This document shows positions 1-9,200 of a stretch of DNA of 64,000 nucleotides, one piece after another. The position numbers and the translations under genes are program-made. This DNA is from Candidatus Uhrbacteria bacterium. Lineage in GTDB: Bacteria > Patescibacteriota > Patescibacteriia > UBA9934. The stretch lies in NCBI GenBank assembly GCA_943359345.1, contig CALRHE010000001.1, positions 1,995-65,994 on the forward strand, written 5' to 3'. The number at the start of each line of letters is the position of its first letter. Positions within the stretch are counted from its first letter, which is position 1. The notes under the pieces were generated by a model. It saw nothing but the letters and a program-made list of their open reading frames with translations. It was not told the origin of the DNA and ran no database searches.

Positions 1-315
1 GCCTACAATTATATAAGCCAACAAAGCCCCCCACAAAGACCCAAAGTAGGCCAAGGTTGCTATCCAGCGACCAAACGGACCCAACTGATTGCTAACCACG
101 GCTACAAAGCGAACGTGTTGTTGGCTAACTTCCAACAAATCGGCGTAAACAAAAAAAGTCAGCAAGCTCAAAGCTGCTATGACCACGAGCACTACCAATC
201 CGAAAACAAAGCCCGCCTGCGAAAAGACATATGGCAAGCCAAAAATACCTACCCCAACAACAGTTCCAATGAGTGGCCGCGCCCCTGGCCACAACACTTG
301 CTTACGTTCCTCCAT
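1..315 (-). CDS. Partial N-terminus of an amino-acid-permease-like polytopic membrane protein; runs off the window start
   Basis: Not in the ORF track because it has no stop inside the window. Minus-strand translation from the ATG at 315 gives MEERKQVLWPGARPLIGTVVGVGIFGLPYVFSQAGFVFGLVVLVVIAALSLLTFFVYADLLEV..., strongly hydrophobic with a GxGIFGLPYxFSQAGF permease-like N-terminal motif and no stop down to position 1. Confidence 0.45.
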   Translation of the reverse strand, partial: MEERKQVLWPGARPLIGTVVGVGIFGLPYVFSQAGFVFGLVVLVVIAALSLLTFFVYADLLEVSQQHVRFVAVVSNQLGPFGRWIATLAYFGSLWGALLAYIIVG

Positions 316-320
316 AACGC

Positions 321-415
321 TAACATTATAGCAAGAGATATTAGAGTTCACGGGTTGGATCTAATGACTACTTTCTAATAGCTGCTAATATCTAATTTTG
401 TAATAACTAATCCTT
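321..415 (+). repeat. MITE-like palindromic intergenic repeat, copy A (left end diverged or truncated)
   Basis: Shares the exact 23-mer CTGCTAATATCTAATTTTGTAAT (382-404) followed by (G/A)ACTAATCCTT with copies at 21261-21383 and 61740-61864; internal GGTTGGATCTAAT...TTTCTAA segment is also similar to copy C. Confidence 0.6.
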
Positions 416-460
416 TAAAGACCTCCCGATAGTAGTCCCCACCCTATCCCCTTCTCCCCC

Positions 461-1984
461 TTGTCGGCATGGGTTAAGCTACTCTCATCTATGTCGTCTG
501 GTGCGAGAATCCCTCCACATAATCTTGAGGCTGAACAATCCCTGCTAGGGGCACTTCTGATTGATCAGGAAGCCATGCTCAAGGTGGGCGACACCGTTAG
601 GGCCGAAGACTTTTATAAAGATTCGCATCGTATTTTGTTTGAAACCATGATCGAAATTTTCAGCCGCCATCAACCGATCGATATTTTGACACTCGGCAAT
701 CGCCTAGAGGAGCGCAATGTCCTCAAACAGATCGGTGGTCGCACCGCTTTGGTCGAACTCACTAACGTCGTTACCACCTCTGCTCACGTGTCTCACTACG
801 CCGAAATTATTTCTAAAAAAGCCGCGCTGCGACGCCTACTACGCGCCGCCGGAGAAATCACTGAACTCGGTTTTGATGAAACTCAAGACGTTGACACGGT
901 CATCGACACCGCCGAACAAAAACTTTTCAACGTTTCCAATAATTTTATTAAACAGAGCTTTATTCCCTTGAGCTCAATCTTGACCGATGCCTTTGATAGG
1001 ATTGACGAATTACATAAAGACAAGGGCAGGTTGCGTGGAGTCCCGACTGGTTTTACGGGTGTCGACAACTTGTTGGCCGGCCTACAACGCTCTGACCTAG
1101 TGATTCTGGCTGCTCGTCCGTCAGTGGGTAAAACCTCATTTGCGCTCGACATCATGCGTAACGTGGCCTTGAAAACCAACAAACCCGTAGGCTTCTTTAG
1201 CTTGGAAATGTCCAAGGAACAGTTGGTGGATCGTATGATATGTGCGGAGGCTAATGTCGACCTCTGGAAACTTCGTACGGGTCGCTTATCAGAACATGAT
1301 GATGATTTTCCACGTATCGGCGACGCTCTTGGTCGCTTATCAGAAGCACCTATTTATATCGACGACTCCCCTGTGGCCACTATCATGACCATCCGTACCA
1401 AAGCTCGACGGCTACAAAGCGAACACGGCTTGTCCATGATCGTCATCGACTACTTACAGCTCATGGAGGCCAAAACCCAATCAGACAACCGCGTGCAAGA
1501 AGTGGCCGAGATCAGTCGCGGCCTCAAACAAATTGCGCGCGAACTCAACGTGCCAGTTTTGGCGCTAGCGCAGCTGTCACGTGCCGTCGAGCTCACTAAA
1601 CCGGCCATTCCACGCCTGGCTCACCTGCGTGACTCTGGATCTATTGAACAAGACGCTGACGTAGTCATGTTCTTATATCGCAAGGCCGCTGACCGCAACT
1701 ATCAGATCGATGAACTAACGCCGGACGAAAAAACCACGGCCGAACTGCACATTGGTAAACACCGCAATGGCCCGACTGGCATGGTCAAGCTATACTGGGA
1801 TGCAACTCGAGCGTCTTTCAAAAATCTGGACACGCGCTATCAATCCCCTGGTGCCGGAGGTGCCTCCATTCCTAGCACACCGTTTAATAGTCCGGGCCCA
1901 GTGACCTCAGGACCAAATCCAGATAACATCGGTCTACCACCTGGAGTGCCTCCCAAAGGCTTCCAACCTAGACCAGCGACCTAG
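461..1984 (+). CDS. dnaB: Replicative DNA helicase DnaB with a Pro/Gly-rich C-terminal tail
   Basis: N-terminal IPPHNLEAEQSLLGALL motif, Walker A ARPSVGKTSFALD, RecA-like core; roughly 50-aa low-complexity tail PGAGGASIPSTPFNSPGPVTSGPNPDNIGLPPGVPPKGFQPRPAT. Confidence 0.93.
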   Translation: MSAWVKLLSSMSSGARIPPHNLEAEQSLLGALLIDQEAMLKVGDTVRAEDFYKDSHRILFETMIEIFSRHQPIDILTLGNRLEERNVLKQIGGRTALVELTNVVTTSAHVSHYAEIISKKAALRRLLRAAGEITELGFDETQDVDTVIDTAEQKLFNVSNNFIKQSFIPLSSILTDAFDRIDELHKDKGRLRGVPTGFTGVDNLLAGLQRSDLVILAARPSVGKTSFALDIMRNVALKTNKPVGFFSLEMSKEQLVDRMICAEANVDLWKLRTGRLSEHDDDFPRIGDALGRLSEAPIYIDDSPVATIMTIRTKARRLQSEHGLSMIVIDYLQLMEAKTQSDNRVQEVAEISRGLKQIARELNVPVLALAQLSRAVELTKPAIPRLAHLRDSGSIEQDADVVMFLYRKAADRNYQIDELTPDEKTTAELHIGKHRNGPTGMVKLYWDATRASFKNLDTRYQSPGAGGASIPSTPFNSPGPVTSGPNPDNIGLPPGVPPKGFQPRPAT

Positions 1985-2019
1985 CACTTTCACCCCTTAA
2001 CCCCATCAACCCCCTAAAT

Positions 2020-2322
2020 ATGTTCAATAAGTTAAAGCAATTTAAAGACATGCGCGATCAAGGTAAGCAAATGAAGGCTATGCTCGACCAAATCATCGTG
2101 GTCGGTGGCGGCGCCAACAATGCTGTCATGATCACCATGAACGGCAGCCACGAGGTGCTCGGAGTTCAGGTCGAGGACGGCAAGGATAAAGCCACTCTTG
2201 AACGCGGCATTAAGGACGCCCTGGCAGAGGCCAACAAGAAACTCCAGCAAGAACTCGTCAAACACATGCAGGCCAACGGCGGCGGTATGGATGCAATCAA
2301 AAACATGTTGGGGGGAGAATAA
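2020..2322 (+). CDS. ybaB: Nucleoid-associated protein YbaB/EbfC family
   Basis: 100 aa, MFNKLKQ... N-terminus typical of the family, in the conserved position immediately upstream of recR. Confidence 0.8.
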   Translation: MFNKLKQFKDMRDQGKQMKAMLDQIIVVGGGANNAVMITMNGSHEVLGVQVEDGKDKATLERGIKDALAEANKKLQQELVKHMQANGGGMDAIKNMLGGE

Positions 2323-2324
2323 GC

Positions 2325-2924
2325 ATGCGAAAATTCCCTGCCCCCATTCACAATGCCATCGCAGCGCTTGGAAAACTTCCTGGCGTTGGACCCAAGACTG
2401 CGCTGCGGTATGCCTTTGCTTTGTTGCGGCTGCAACGCGGTGAACTAGAGCTCGTAGCCAAGAGCATCGAAGGACTCAAGTTTGTCACCACCTGCACACG
2501 CTGCTTCACCTATGCAGAAACTTCAATTTGCGATCTTTGCACTGATCAGAAACGCAACCAGAAGCTCTTGTGCGTCGTGGCTGAAGCCCGTGACATCGCA
2601 ACTCTTGAAGCTACGGGTATTTATTCTGGAGTCTATTTAGTCCTGGGTGGCGTCTTGAATCCGGTTGACGGCTACACTCCAGACCGCCTGAACGTCAAAC
2701 AACTCCAAGCTCGACTGGAGCAAGATCAAGATATTTTAGAAATTATTTTAGCCTTCTCACCTGACGTTCACGGCGAAACCACCATTTTGTATTTAAGCCG
2801 AATGCTCAAGTCTTTGGGCAAAAAAACTACCCGTTTAGCTCGCGGACTGCCGATGGGGGCTGACATTGAATACGCCGATGAAGTAACCCTAGCCAGTGCA
2901 CTGGCGGGACGCTCGGAAACTTAA
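2325..2924 (+). CDS. recR: Recombination protein RecR
   Basis: HhH motif LGKLPGVGPKTALRYAFALL, C4 zinc finger CTRCFTYAETSICDLC, Toprim region. Confidence 0.93.
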   Translation: MRKFPAPIHNAIAALGKLPGVGPKTALRYAFALLRLQRGELELVAKSIEGLKFVTTCTRCFTYAETSICDLCTDQKRNQKLLCVVAEARDIATLEATGIYSGVYLVLGGVLNPVDGYTPDRLNVKQLQARLEQDQDILEIILAFSPDVHGETTILYLSRMLKSLGKKTTRLARGLPMGADIEYADEVTLASALAGRSET

Positions 2925-2925
2925 A

Positions 2926-2972
2926 AACACTTCACCCCCAGCAGCCAAGCTGCCAGGGGTGGAATGCGTTTT
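2926..2972. terminator. Hairpin between convergent recR (+) and rplU (-); likely bidirectional terminator
   Basis: AAAAACACTTCACCCCCAGCAGCCAAGCTGCCAGGGGTGGAATGCGTTTT: GC-rich stem (CACCCC...GGGGTG with inner CAGC/GCTG) flanked by A-run and T-run. Confidence 0.45.
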
Positions 2973-3282
2973 AACCAATTTTCTCGATTTCGAGCAAAGT
3001 AAAGGGTTGGCGATGACCAACGTTGCGGCGATAGCGGACCTTGGGCTTAAACTTGATGATCGAGATTTTGTCAGCCCGGCCGTGCTCAAGCACCTTGGCC
3101 GTAACTTTGATGCCGGCCACAAACGGAGTGCCGACCTGGACCTTGGAGCCGTCGGATTCGGCTACGAGCATGGCGTCGAGTAACAACGTCTGACCAGGTT
3201 CGAGATCAAGTTTTTCAACCTGGATCTTCTCGCCTTGCTGGACGAAGTACTGCTTACCGCCAGTAGAAATAACTGCGTACAT
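2971..3282 (-). CDS. rplU: 50S ribosomal protein L21
   Basis: MYAVISTGGKQYFVQQGEKIQVEKLDLEPGQ... is a canonical L21 N-terminus. Confidence 0.9.
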   Translation of the reverse strand: MYAVISTGGKQYFVQQGEKIQVEKLDLEPGQTLLLDAMLVAESDGSKVQVGTPFVAGIKVTAKVLEHGRADKISIIKFKPKVRYRRNVGHRQPFTLLEIEKIG

Positions 3283-3403
3283 AAGCGTATGGCTGCTCAG
3301 GCGTCGACCCGGGGGTCGTACTTAGGGGCCTTTAACAAGCCTATCATGAATAATTCTGGCCGCAGCTTAACAGAAGCTGGGACTTACGTCAAACCTCTGG
3401 GAC

Positions 3404-3874
3404 CTATGGCAAATCAACTTTCAAACTTAATCCTCCCACCAGGCCAAAGACGTCTATATAGCCGGCCGGCAGCTCAAGCACCATATCTACAAGGACTGGC
3501 GCCGAGCTAAACTTGGCGGGCGCCTCACCTGCCGCCGGAGCCGGGACAGCGTGCTCAAGACCCACGATTTTACCCTCACGAATCCAGACCACATCCAAAT
3601 CAAGTTGCATACCCTTCATCCAAAAATCCTGAACCCGAGCCTGGTCGAAAACAAACAGCATACCCTGAGCTTTAACCTCCTTGGCCTCAAGACCAGATAA
3701 ACCTTGACGGCGTTCCCAAACATTGTCAGCGATACGCACCGCCAGAACCTGGTCATCGATAGTAACGGTGGCTCGTTCAGCAGCTTCTTGGCCACGCCAA
3801 ATGGTGATCACGATCAAGATAATAACCAGGCTAATAGCACCAAAAATAAGCAGCTTACTCAGATTTTTGTTCAT
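3404..3874 (-). CDS. DUF192-family protein (COG1430-like) with N-terminal transmembrane segment
   Basis: Core MLFVFDQARVQDFWMKGMQLDLDVVWI resembles the DUF192 conserved block; signal-anchor at the N-terminus. Confidence 0.5.
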   Translation of the reverse strand: MNKNLSKLLIFGAISLVIILIVITIWRGQEAAERATVTIDDQVLAVRIADNVWERRQGLSGLEAKEVKAQGMLFVFDQARVQDFWMKGMQLDLDVVWIREGKIVGLEHAVPAPAAGEAPAKFSSAPVLVDMVLELPAGYIDVFGLVGGLSLKVDLP

Positions 3875-4943
3875 ATGAAGGACGATGATATTTCTTATAT
3901 AACCAACTCACAGCCATACCGGATGTCACTACCAGAATACCAAGAGCAATTAACTTTTGCCAAGACTCAAAGATCAGTGTCGTAGCACCGAATAAGGTCG
4001 CGATCGATAAATACAGGCTCAGAATCCAGCGTTGTGATAAACCAGCCGCCAACAACAAATGATGCAAGTGAGTGCGGTCGCCACTCGTCATAGATCGGCC
4101 CTCCCACCAACGTCGCACTATCACAAACACCACATCAAGCATAGGTACACCTACCACAAGCAAGATGGTGGCCAGCTTGCTACCGGCAATCACGGCCAAG
4201 ATTCCAAGCGTAAACCCCAGAAAAGTACTCCCACCTTCACCCAGGAAAATCATGGCTGGATAACCATTCCAAAGTATGAAGCCAACTAAAGCAGCCGCGA
4301 ACATCAAAGCCAATACGGCCACGTCAGGCTGGAAAAAATCTTCAGATAGGGCCAGGAGTGCGATCATGACCGCGCCAATCATGGTCACGCCAGTGGCCAG
4401 ACCGTCTAGGCCATCAAGGAGTTTGGTGGTGTAGGTCATGCCGAGCAGCCACCCAAAAGTTAGCAGCACCGATAACCCCGAGGTCAGCACAAAGACCGAA
4501 CCAAATGGATTAGTAACCTTCTCGACCCCAATCCCAAAGCCTACAGCCGCCACAGCCGCCAAGAGCGGGAATAAAATCGTGTACCTAGGTGGAAGATCGA
4601 ACTTATCATCAAGCACGCCGCCTAGCAGGAGAACGATAGCTCCTACAAAAAAACCAAAAAAATGTTGCGGGTCGATTTCTCCGGCAGTTAGGTGATCGTT
4701 AGTGAACAAAACTATCAAGGTAGGCAGGGCAAAGGCTACAAAAATGCTCAACCCGCCAAAAAAAGGCACACTCCTAGCATGCAGCTTACGTCCAGCTCTT
4801 GGAACATCGACTATACCCCAACGCTTGGCTAATCCAGCCCACACAGGCGTCAGGCTAGCACATAGTACAAAGGCACCTCCCACTACAAATGGCCACCAAC
4901 TTGGCATAGTGCTAGCAGGGTAACTGAAAAACCTTAAAAACAA
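3855..4943 (-). CDS. Polyprenyl-phosphate N-acetylhexosamine-1-phosphate transferase (WecA/TagO-like, MraY superfamily)
   Basis: Polytopic membrane protein with DDxxD-like DDKFDLP and LLDGLDGLATG motifs of the MraY/WecA family; distinct from the bona fide mraY at 22492-23571. Confidence 0.75.
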   Translation of the reverse strand: MFLRFFSYPASTMPSWWPFVVGGAFVLCASLTPVWAGLAKRWGIVDVPRAGRKLHARSVPFFGGLSIFVAFALPTLIVLFTNDHLTAGEIDPQHFFGFFVGAIVLLLGGVLDDKFDLPPRYTILFPLLAAVAAVGFGIGVEKVTNPFGSVFVLTSGLSVLLTFGWLLGMTYTTKLLDGLDGLATGVTMIGAVMIALLALSEDFFQPDVAVLALMFAAALVGFILWNGYPAMIFLGEGGSTFLGFTLGILAVIAGSKLATILLVVGVPMLDVVFVIVRRWWEGRSMTSGDRTHLHHLLLAAGLSQRWILSLYLSIATLFGATTLIFESWQKLIALGILVVTSGMAVSWLYKKYHRPSYEQKSE

Positions 4944-4948
4944 AAGCT

Positions 4949-7630
4949 TTATAGCTCTGGAGCTTTTTGCAAAATAATCTTACCTCCTTGGTCGAAAATC
5001 AGCGTATCGCGGCGACTAACTTGTCCTTTTAGTAGATAATCAGCGATCGGGTTTTCAACTTTTTCCTGGATCACCCGGCGCAGTGGTCTGGCACCAAACT
5101 TAGGGTCGTAACCCTGTTCGGCGAGCTCGTGAATAGCCGCGTCAGTGACGCTGAACTCGATACCTTTAGCTTTGAGGCGTTCGACTACCTTTACAATCAT
5201 CAGATACGCAATTGCCACCACGTCTTCAAGCGTGAGCGGGGCGAAGACGATGACATCATCAAAACGATTTAGGAACTCTGGGCGATAAGTCGTGCGCAGC
5301 TCCGTGTCGAGTAAAGCTTGCTTAATGGACTCAAGCGCTGTTCCAGCCGCCACCTGATCTTGAATAAACTGAGTGCCGGCGTTTGAAGTGGCGATTAAAA
5401 TAAGATTGGTAAAATCAACTGTGCGACCAATGCCATCAGTCAGGCGTCCGTCATCCATGACCTGGAGGAAGAGGTTCAAAATATCGGGATGAGCTTTCTC
5501 CAGCTCATCAAGCAATAACAAACAAAAGGGATTCTTACGCACTGCCTCGGTCATCAGCCCGGCCTGACCGTTGCTACCAATGAGTCGCGTGATCGAGTTT
5601 TGATCCTGGTACTCTGACATGTCAAAGCGAATCATGGCCTGCTCATTCCCAAAGTAAACCTCGGCCGTAGCTTTAGCGAGTTCGGTTTTACCCACACCAG
5701 TGGGGCCCAAGAACAAAAAGTTAGCGATTGGACGCTTGCCGCTCCGCAGCTCAGTTCGTGCTCGTCTGAGGGCTGCAGCCACAGCCTTCACGGCTGGCTC
5801 CTGGCCAATCACCCGCTCATGAACGCGTTCCTCAAGATGCAACAGCTTCTCACCTTCGCCTTGCGAGACCTCGGTAACGGGAATACGTGTACGCTCAGAC
5901 AACAGCGTAGCCACGTCTTCTTTCCTGACCCAGGCTGGTTTTTCCCCACGTTTGCTAACCACCAAGGCCACTTCTTTTATGAGCTCTAAAGCTTTTTCGG
6001 GCAAGGCAATGTCATGCATGTAACGCGTCGACAGGTCTACAGCGGCTGCTAGCGCCGCGTAAGTGAAAATTACCTGATGCTTATTTTCAAGCACTCCGGC
6101 TTTGGCCTCCAAAATCCTAATGGCATCATTACGATTTGGTTCATCGATGGTGATTTTCTGAAGCTTAGGGGAAATCACGCTGCGCTCAATGACTTCGGCA
6201 TACGCTTGCGGTGTGGTCGTGGCGATCACAAAGGTATACCCACGGTTAAGCTCGCCAGCCAAAATTGAGGCCAAGTCAAGGCCCGTTCCCTGACCCACCA
6301 ATTCATGAATGTTTTCAATGACGAGGATAATGTTACCGGCATGAGCAACTTGATTGAGTGCAAACAAGCAGCGTTCTTCAGCACCCGTGCCACCCTCAGC
6401 GCTCACAATATGTGGGACAGAAAGCTTGAGCAGACGTTTATCCTGAAGCACCTCAGGCACCCGTTCCTCAACCATAAGATCAGCCAAGCCATCAATCAGC
6501 GCCTCTTTGCCAACGCCCGGCTGACCTACTAAGATCACGCTTTGATCACCGCCCTCGATGGCTCTAAGTATATTAGCCATTTCCGTGTCACGGCCAACCA
6601 AAAGGCCGGTCTGGCCCATAACCGCAGCCCGCGTCAGGTCGTAAGACACCGAATCTAAGAACGGAGTTGCCACCGCGGTCATAGAGCGATTCATGTTGCT
6701 CGTGGGCTTGTAAGCGGCGGCTTTACGGAAGGCTTGGTAACGCTGACGCAAATCATCGCTAATCCGTAACCAAGCCACAACGTTGTCTAGCTCTTCTGGT
6801 GTAATCGCCTTCGATGCAAACAACTCCGTCAAGAAAGGTTCAGCTTCAAAAGCGGCTACAAAAATATCCAGTGCAGATAAGCTGGCGCGATGATTAATCA
6901 TAGCGCCGTATAGCGCCTTTGCCAGCAGGCCGTGAGCTTGACTGCCAAAGACCGTAGTCCCCTGTTTAACAGTGGAAAAACGACGACGGAGTGGGTCGCG
7001 AATATCATCAAACGCCAAACCTAAGCGAGCAAATAAAATTTGCACCGGAGTGGTAGCTAAGCTGGCTGTAAATAAATGTAGAGCATTCACGTCAGCGTGA
7101 CTTGAACGCAAGGCTAAACGATAAGCTTCTTCAATCGCTTGCAGCGCCTCTGCATCAGCCGCGTCGGCAATGTCATGCCTACGCTCAACCGCCGCCGGTG
7201 AAGGTATAGATGACAGCTCTGGCGCGATTGTGGTTCCAAGCTGCTGCAGGGATAAGTACTTACGGTGATCGCTCGCCAACCGATACGGTACAAACAACCA
7301 TGACAGGATGGCTAAATAAATAGCCGCCGCTGTCCAGCTTGGGGTTGTCCAGAAATCTAAAGTCAGCACGTCAGCCGCGTGTACAAGTGCCGTACCTAGA
7401 GCAAAGACTCCAAACAATCCCAAACCAAGTGCTCCAGCAGCGTAGCGTTCAAACTTTCTTGCAGATCGCAGTGAGCTCGCAAAGTCTAAGCTGGCTTCAT
7501 CAATCGGCCGTTGCCAATACCAAAAAGCTCCGTCTACCAAAACGCCGGGGATGCTACCCTCATCGCTGTCATGCGATGACTGCTGCATAATCAAATCGGA
7601 AACGTCAGGAGACATACATAAAACTACCAA
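4949..7630 (-). CDS. ClpC/ClpA-like double-AAA+ chaperone with N-terminal membrane anchor; D1 Walker motifs degenerate
   Basis: Two Clp_N-like repeats, D1 with GQPGVGKEA and IILVIENIHEL instead of DE, short linker, D2 with GPTGVGKTELAK and LLLDELEKAH, sensor-2 GARPLRR; two predicted TM helices near the N-terminus (GALGLGLFGVFALGTAL, AAAIYLAILSWLFVPY). Confidence 0.85.
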   Translation of the reverse strand: MVVLCMSPDVSDLIMQQSSHDSDEGSIPGVLVDGAFWYWQRPIDEASLDFASSLRSARKFERYAAGALGLGLFGVFALGTALVHAADVLTLDFWTTPSWTAAAIYLAILSWLFVPYRLASDHRKYLSLQQLGTTIAPELSSIPSPAAVERRHDIADAADAEALQAIEEAYRLALRSSHADVNALHLFTASLATTPVQILFARLGLAFDDIRDPLRRRFSTVKQGTTVFGSQAHGLLAKALYGAMINHRASLSALDIFVAAFEAEPFLTELFASKAITPEELDNVVAWLRISDDLRQRYQAFRKAAAYKPTSNMNRSMTAVATPFLDSVSYDLTRAAVMGQTGLLVGRDTEMANILRAIEGGDQSVILVGQPGVGKEALIDGLADLMVEERVPEVLQDKRLLKLSVPHIVSAEGGTGAEERCLFALNQVAHAGNIILVIENIHELVGQGTGLDLASILAGELNRGYTFVIATTTPQAYAEVIERSVISPKLQKITIDEPNRNDAIRILEAKAGVLENKHQVIFTYAALAAAVDLSTRYMHDIALPEKALELIKEVALVVSKRGEKPAWVRKEDVATLLSERTRIPVTEVSQGEGEKLLHLEERVHERVIGQEPAVKAVAAALRRARTELRSGKRPIANFLFLGPTGVGKTELAKATAEVYFGNEQAMIRFDMSEYQDQNSITRLIGSNGQAGLMTEAVRKNPFCLLLLDELEKAHPDILNLFLQVMDDGRLTDGIGRTVDFTNLILIATSNAGTQFIQDQVAAGTALESIKQALLDTELRTTYRPEFLNRFDDVIVFAPLTLEDVVAIAYLMIVKVVERLKAKGIEFSVTDAAIHELAEQGYDPKFGARPLRRVIQEKVENPIADYLLKGQVSRRDTLIFDQGGKIILQKAPEL

Positions 7631-8048
7631 TCACGTGATAAGCCGCTTGCAAGCACAGGAAAATTGGCAGGGTGATGTATAAACCCAACGCACCAATCAC
7701 CATAATCGCAATAATCATTAAACCAAAGCTACGACCCACAATTTGTACCAAGCGCATGAAAATACTGATCAAACGGCTCTGCCAGTCATGCTGACCAAAC
7801 ATGGGCACGAACATATTCTGGATCCAAACTCCAATAGCCATGTACTTGGCATAGCCTTTCAGAGTATCTGCGGCTCGCCGCAACATCAAAATCAACCCGC
7901 GGGAGTACCACCACACGGGAAACATGACTATATCCAGCAAAACGTCCTTAATCACCGCTGGCTGCATATGGAGGTAGTATACCTCGAGATCTTCCACACG
8001 ATAGACCCTTCGTCGACACTCAGGGTCTTGGAGACAACTGCCGGCCAT
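7605..8048 (-). CDS. Hypothetical small membrane protein
   Basis: ORF packed between tgt and the clp gene; hydrophobic C-terminal half (LMIIAIMVIGALGLYITLPIFLCL); no recognisable family. Confidence 0.35.
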   Translation of the reverse strand: MAGSCLQDPECRRRVYRVEDLEVYYLHMQPAVIKDVLLDIVMFPVWWYSRGLILMLRRAADTLKGYAKYMAIGVWIQNMFVPMFGQHDWQSRLISIFMRLVQIVGRSFGLMIIAIMVIGALGLYITLPIFLCLQAAYHVIGSFMYVS

Positions 8049-8054
8049 CTACCA

Positions 8055-9200
8055 TCAACTATCTACAATGAGCTTCCGTAATTCCTCCATCATGCGCATA
8101 TAAAACCGCAAATTCTGCAGGGTGGCCAAACGTAGGCCAAGTATCTCACCGGCTTTAAACAAGTGGCGCAAATACGCCCGAGTGTACGTTTGCGAGCTTA
8201 CAACATCGTTATGAGCATCGATCACACCTAGATCAGAGGTAAACTCCTCGTTAGTAATTTGAATCTTTGTATACAGCGCCTCGGCAATCCTAAAATCCGC
8301 CGCGCCTTCTTGGGCTCGACTGAAAGCTTCTTTAACACAGATCGCAGGCTCCCCGGCCCACACAAACAGCTGACCATGACGGGCGTTACGTGTGGGCAGC
8401 ACACAATCAAACATGTCTATACCCACCGACACGTAATACACGATCTCTTCTGGCATTCCCCCGCCCATAAAATAACGCGGCTTATCAGCTGGCATCAGGC
8501 TCGCAACATGCTTGGCAATTCTAAACGTGTCAGCCCGCGACTCGCCAACTGACAAACCACCAATGGCGTAGCCGTCAAAACCGATGTTCACGAGCCCCTC
8601 AAGCGAGCGGTCCCGTAAGTCTTCGTGCGTCCCGCCCTGGATGATGCCAAAAATGCTCGATTGTGCATTTTTATCACGTTGGGCGGCCTTCGAACGCTCG
8701 GCCCAACGTAGCGAGCGCAACATCGCCTCCTCATAACGCTCACGCGTCGACACACCGGCCGCTACGTCATCAAATTGCATCATGATGTCAGCACCAATCG
8801 CAGCCTGAACGTCCATCGAGATTTCTGGCGTAATCTGCAAACTTCTGCCATCAATGTGCGAATTAAAAGTTACTCCCTGCTCTTCAATTTTATTCAATCG
8901 CGCCAAACTAAACACCTGATAACCACCGCTATCAGTTAACATTGGCCCCTGCCAATTCATGAGCCGTTTGATCCCACCTACCTGACGCAGCAGTTCCGGG
9001 CCCGGACGCAAAAGCAGGTGATAGGTGTTGCTCAGAATAATCTGAGCTCCAATACTCTTCACCTCTTCTGCCAGCAAGGTTTTCACCGATCCAACCGTGG
9101 CAATGGGCATGAAAACCGGTGTCTTAACGGCACCGCTTGGGGTCGACAGAAGTGCTTGTCGAGCTGTACCAGTCTTATTTAAGACTTCGAAATTCGACAT
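8055..9200 (-). CDS. tgt: Queuine tRNA-ribosyltransferase (tRNA-guanine transglycosylase)
   Basis: MSNFEV... with TPVFMP, LTDSGGYQVFSL and GGLSVGE motifs characteristic of Tgt. Confidence 0.93.
   Translation of the reverse strand: MSNFEVLNKTGTARQALLSTPSGAVKTPVFMPIATVGSVKTLLAEEVKSIGAQIILSNTYHLLLRPGPELLRQVGGIKRLMNWQGPMLTDSGGYQVFSLARLNKIEEQGVTFNSHIDGRSLQITPEISMDVQAAIGADIMMQFDDVAAGVSTRERYEEAMLRSLRWAERSKAAQRDKNAQSSIFGIIQGGTHEDLRDRSLEGLVNIGFDGYAIGGLSVGESRADTFRIAKHVASLMPADKPRYFMGGGMPEEIVYYVSVGIDMFDCVLPTRNARHGQLFVWAGEPAICVKEAFSRAQEGAADFRIAEALYTKIQITNEEFTSDLGVIDAHNDVVSSQTYTRAYLRHLFKAGEILGLRLATLQNLRFYMRMMEELRKLIVDS

Noticed and set aside
115-378. 87-aa + strand ORF (Q/N-rich) listed in the ORF track
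   Set aside because: It lies antisense to a much more convincing membrane-protein N-terminus (minus strand, start 315, running off the window) and spans the MITE-like repeat; low-complexity composition, no motifs.
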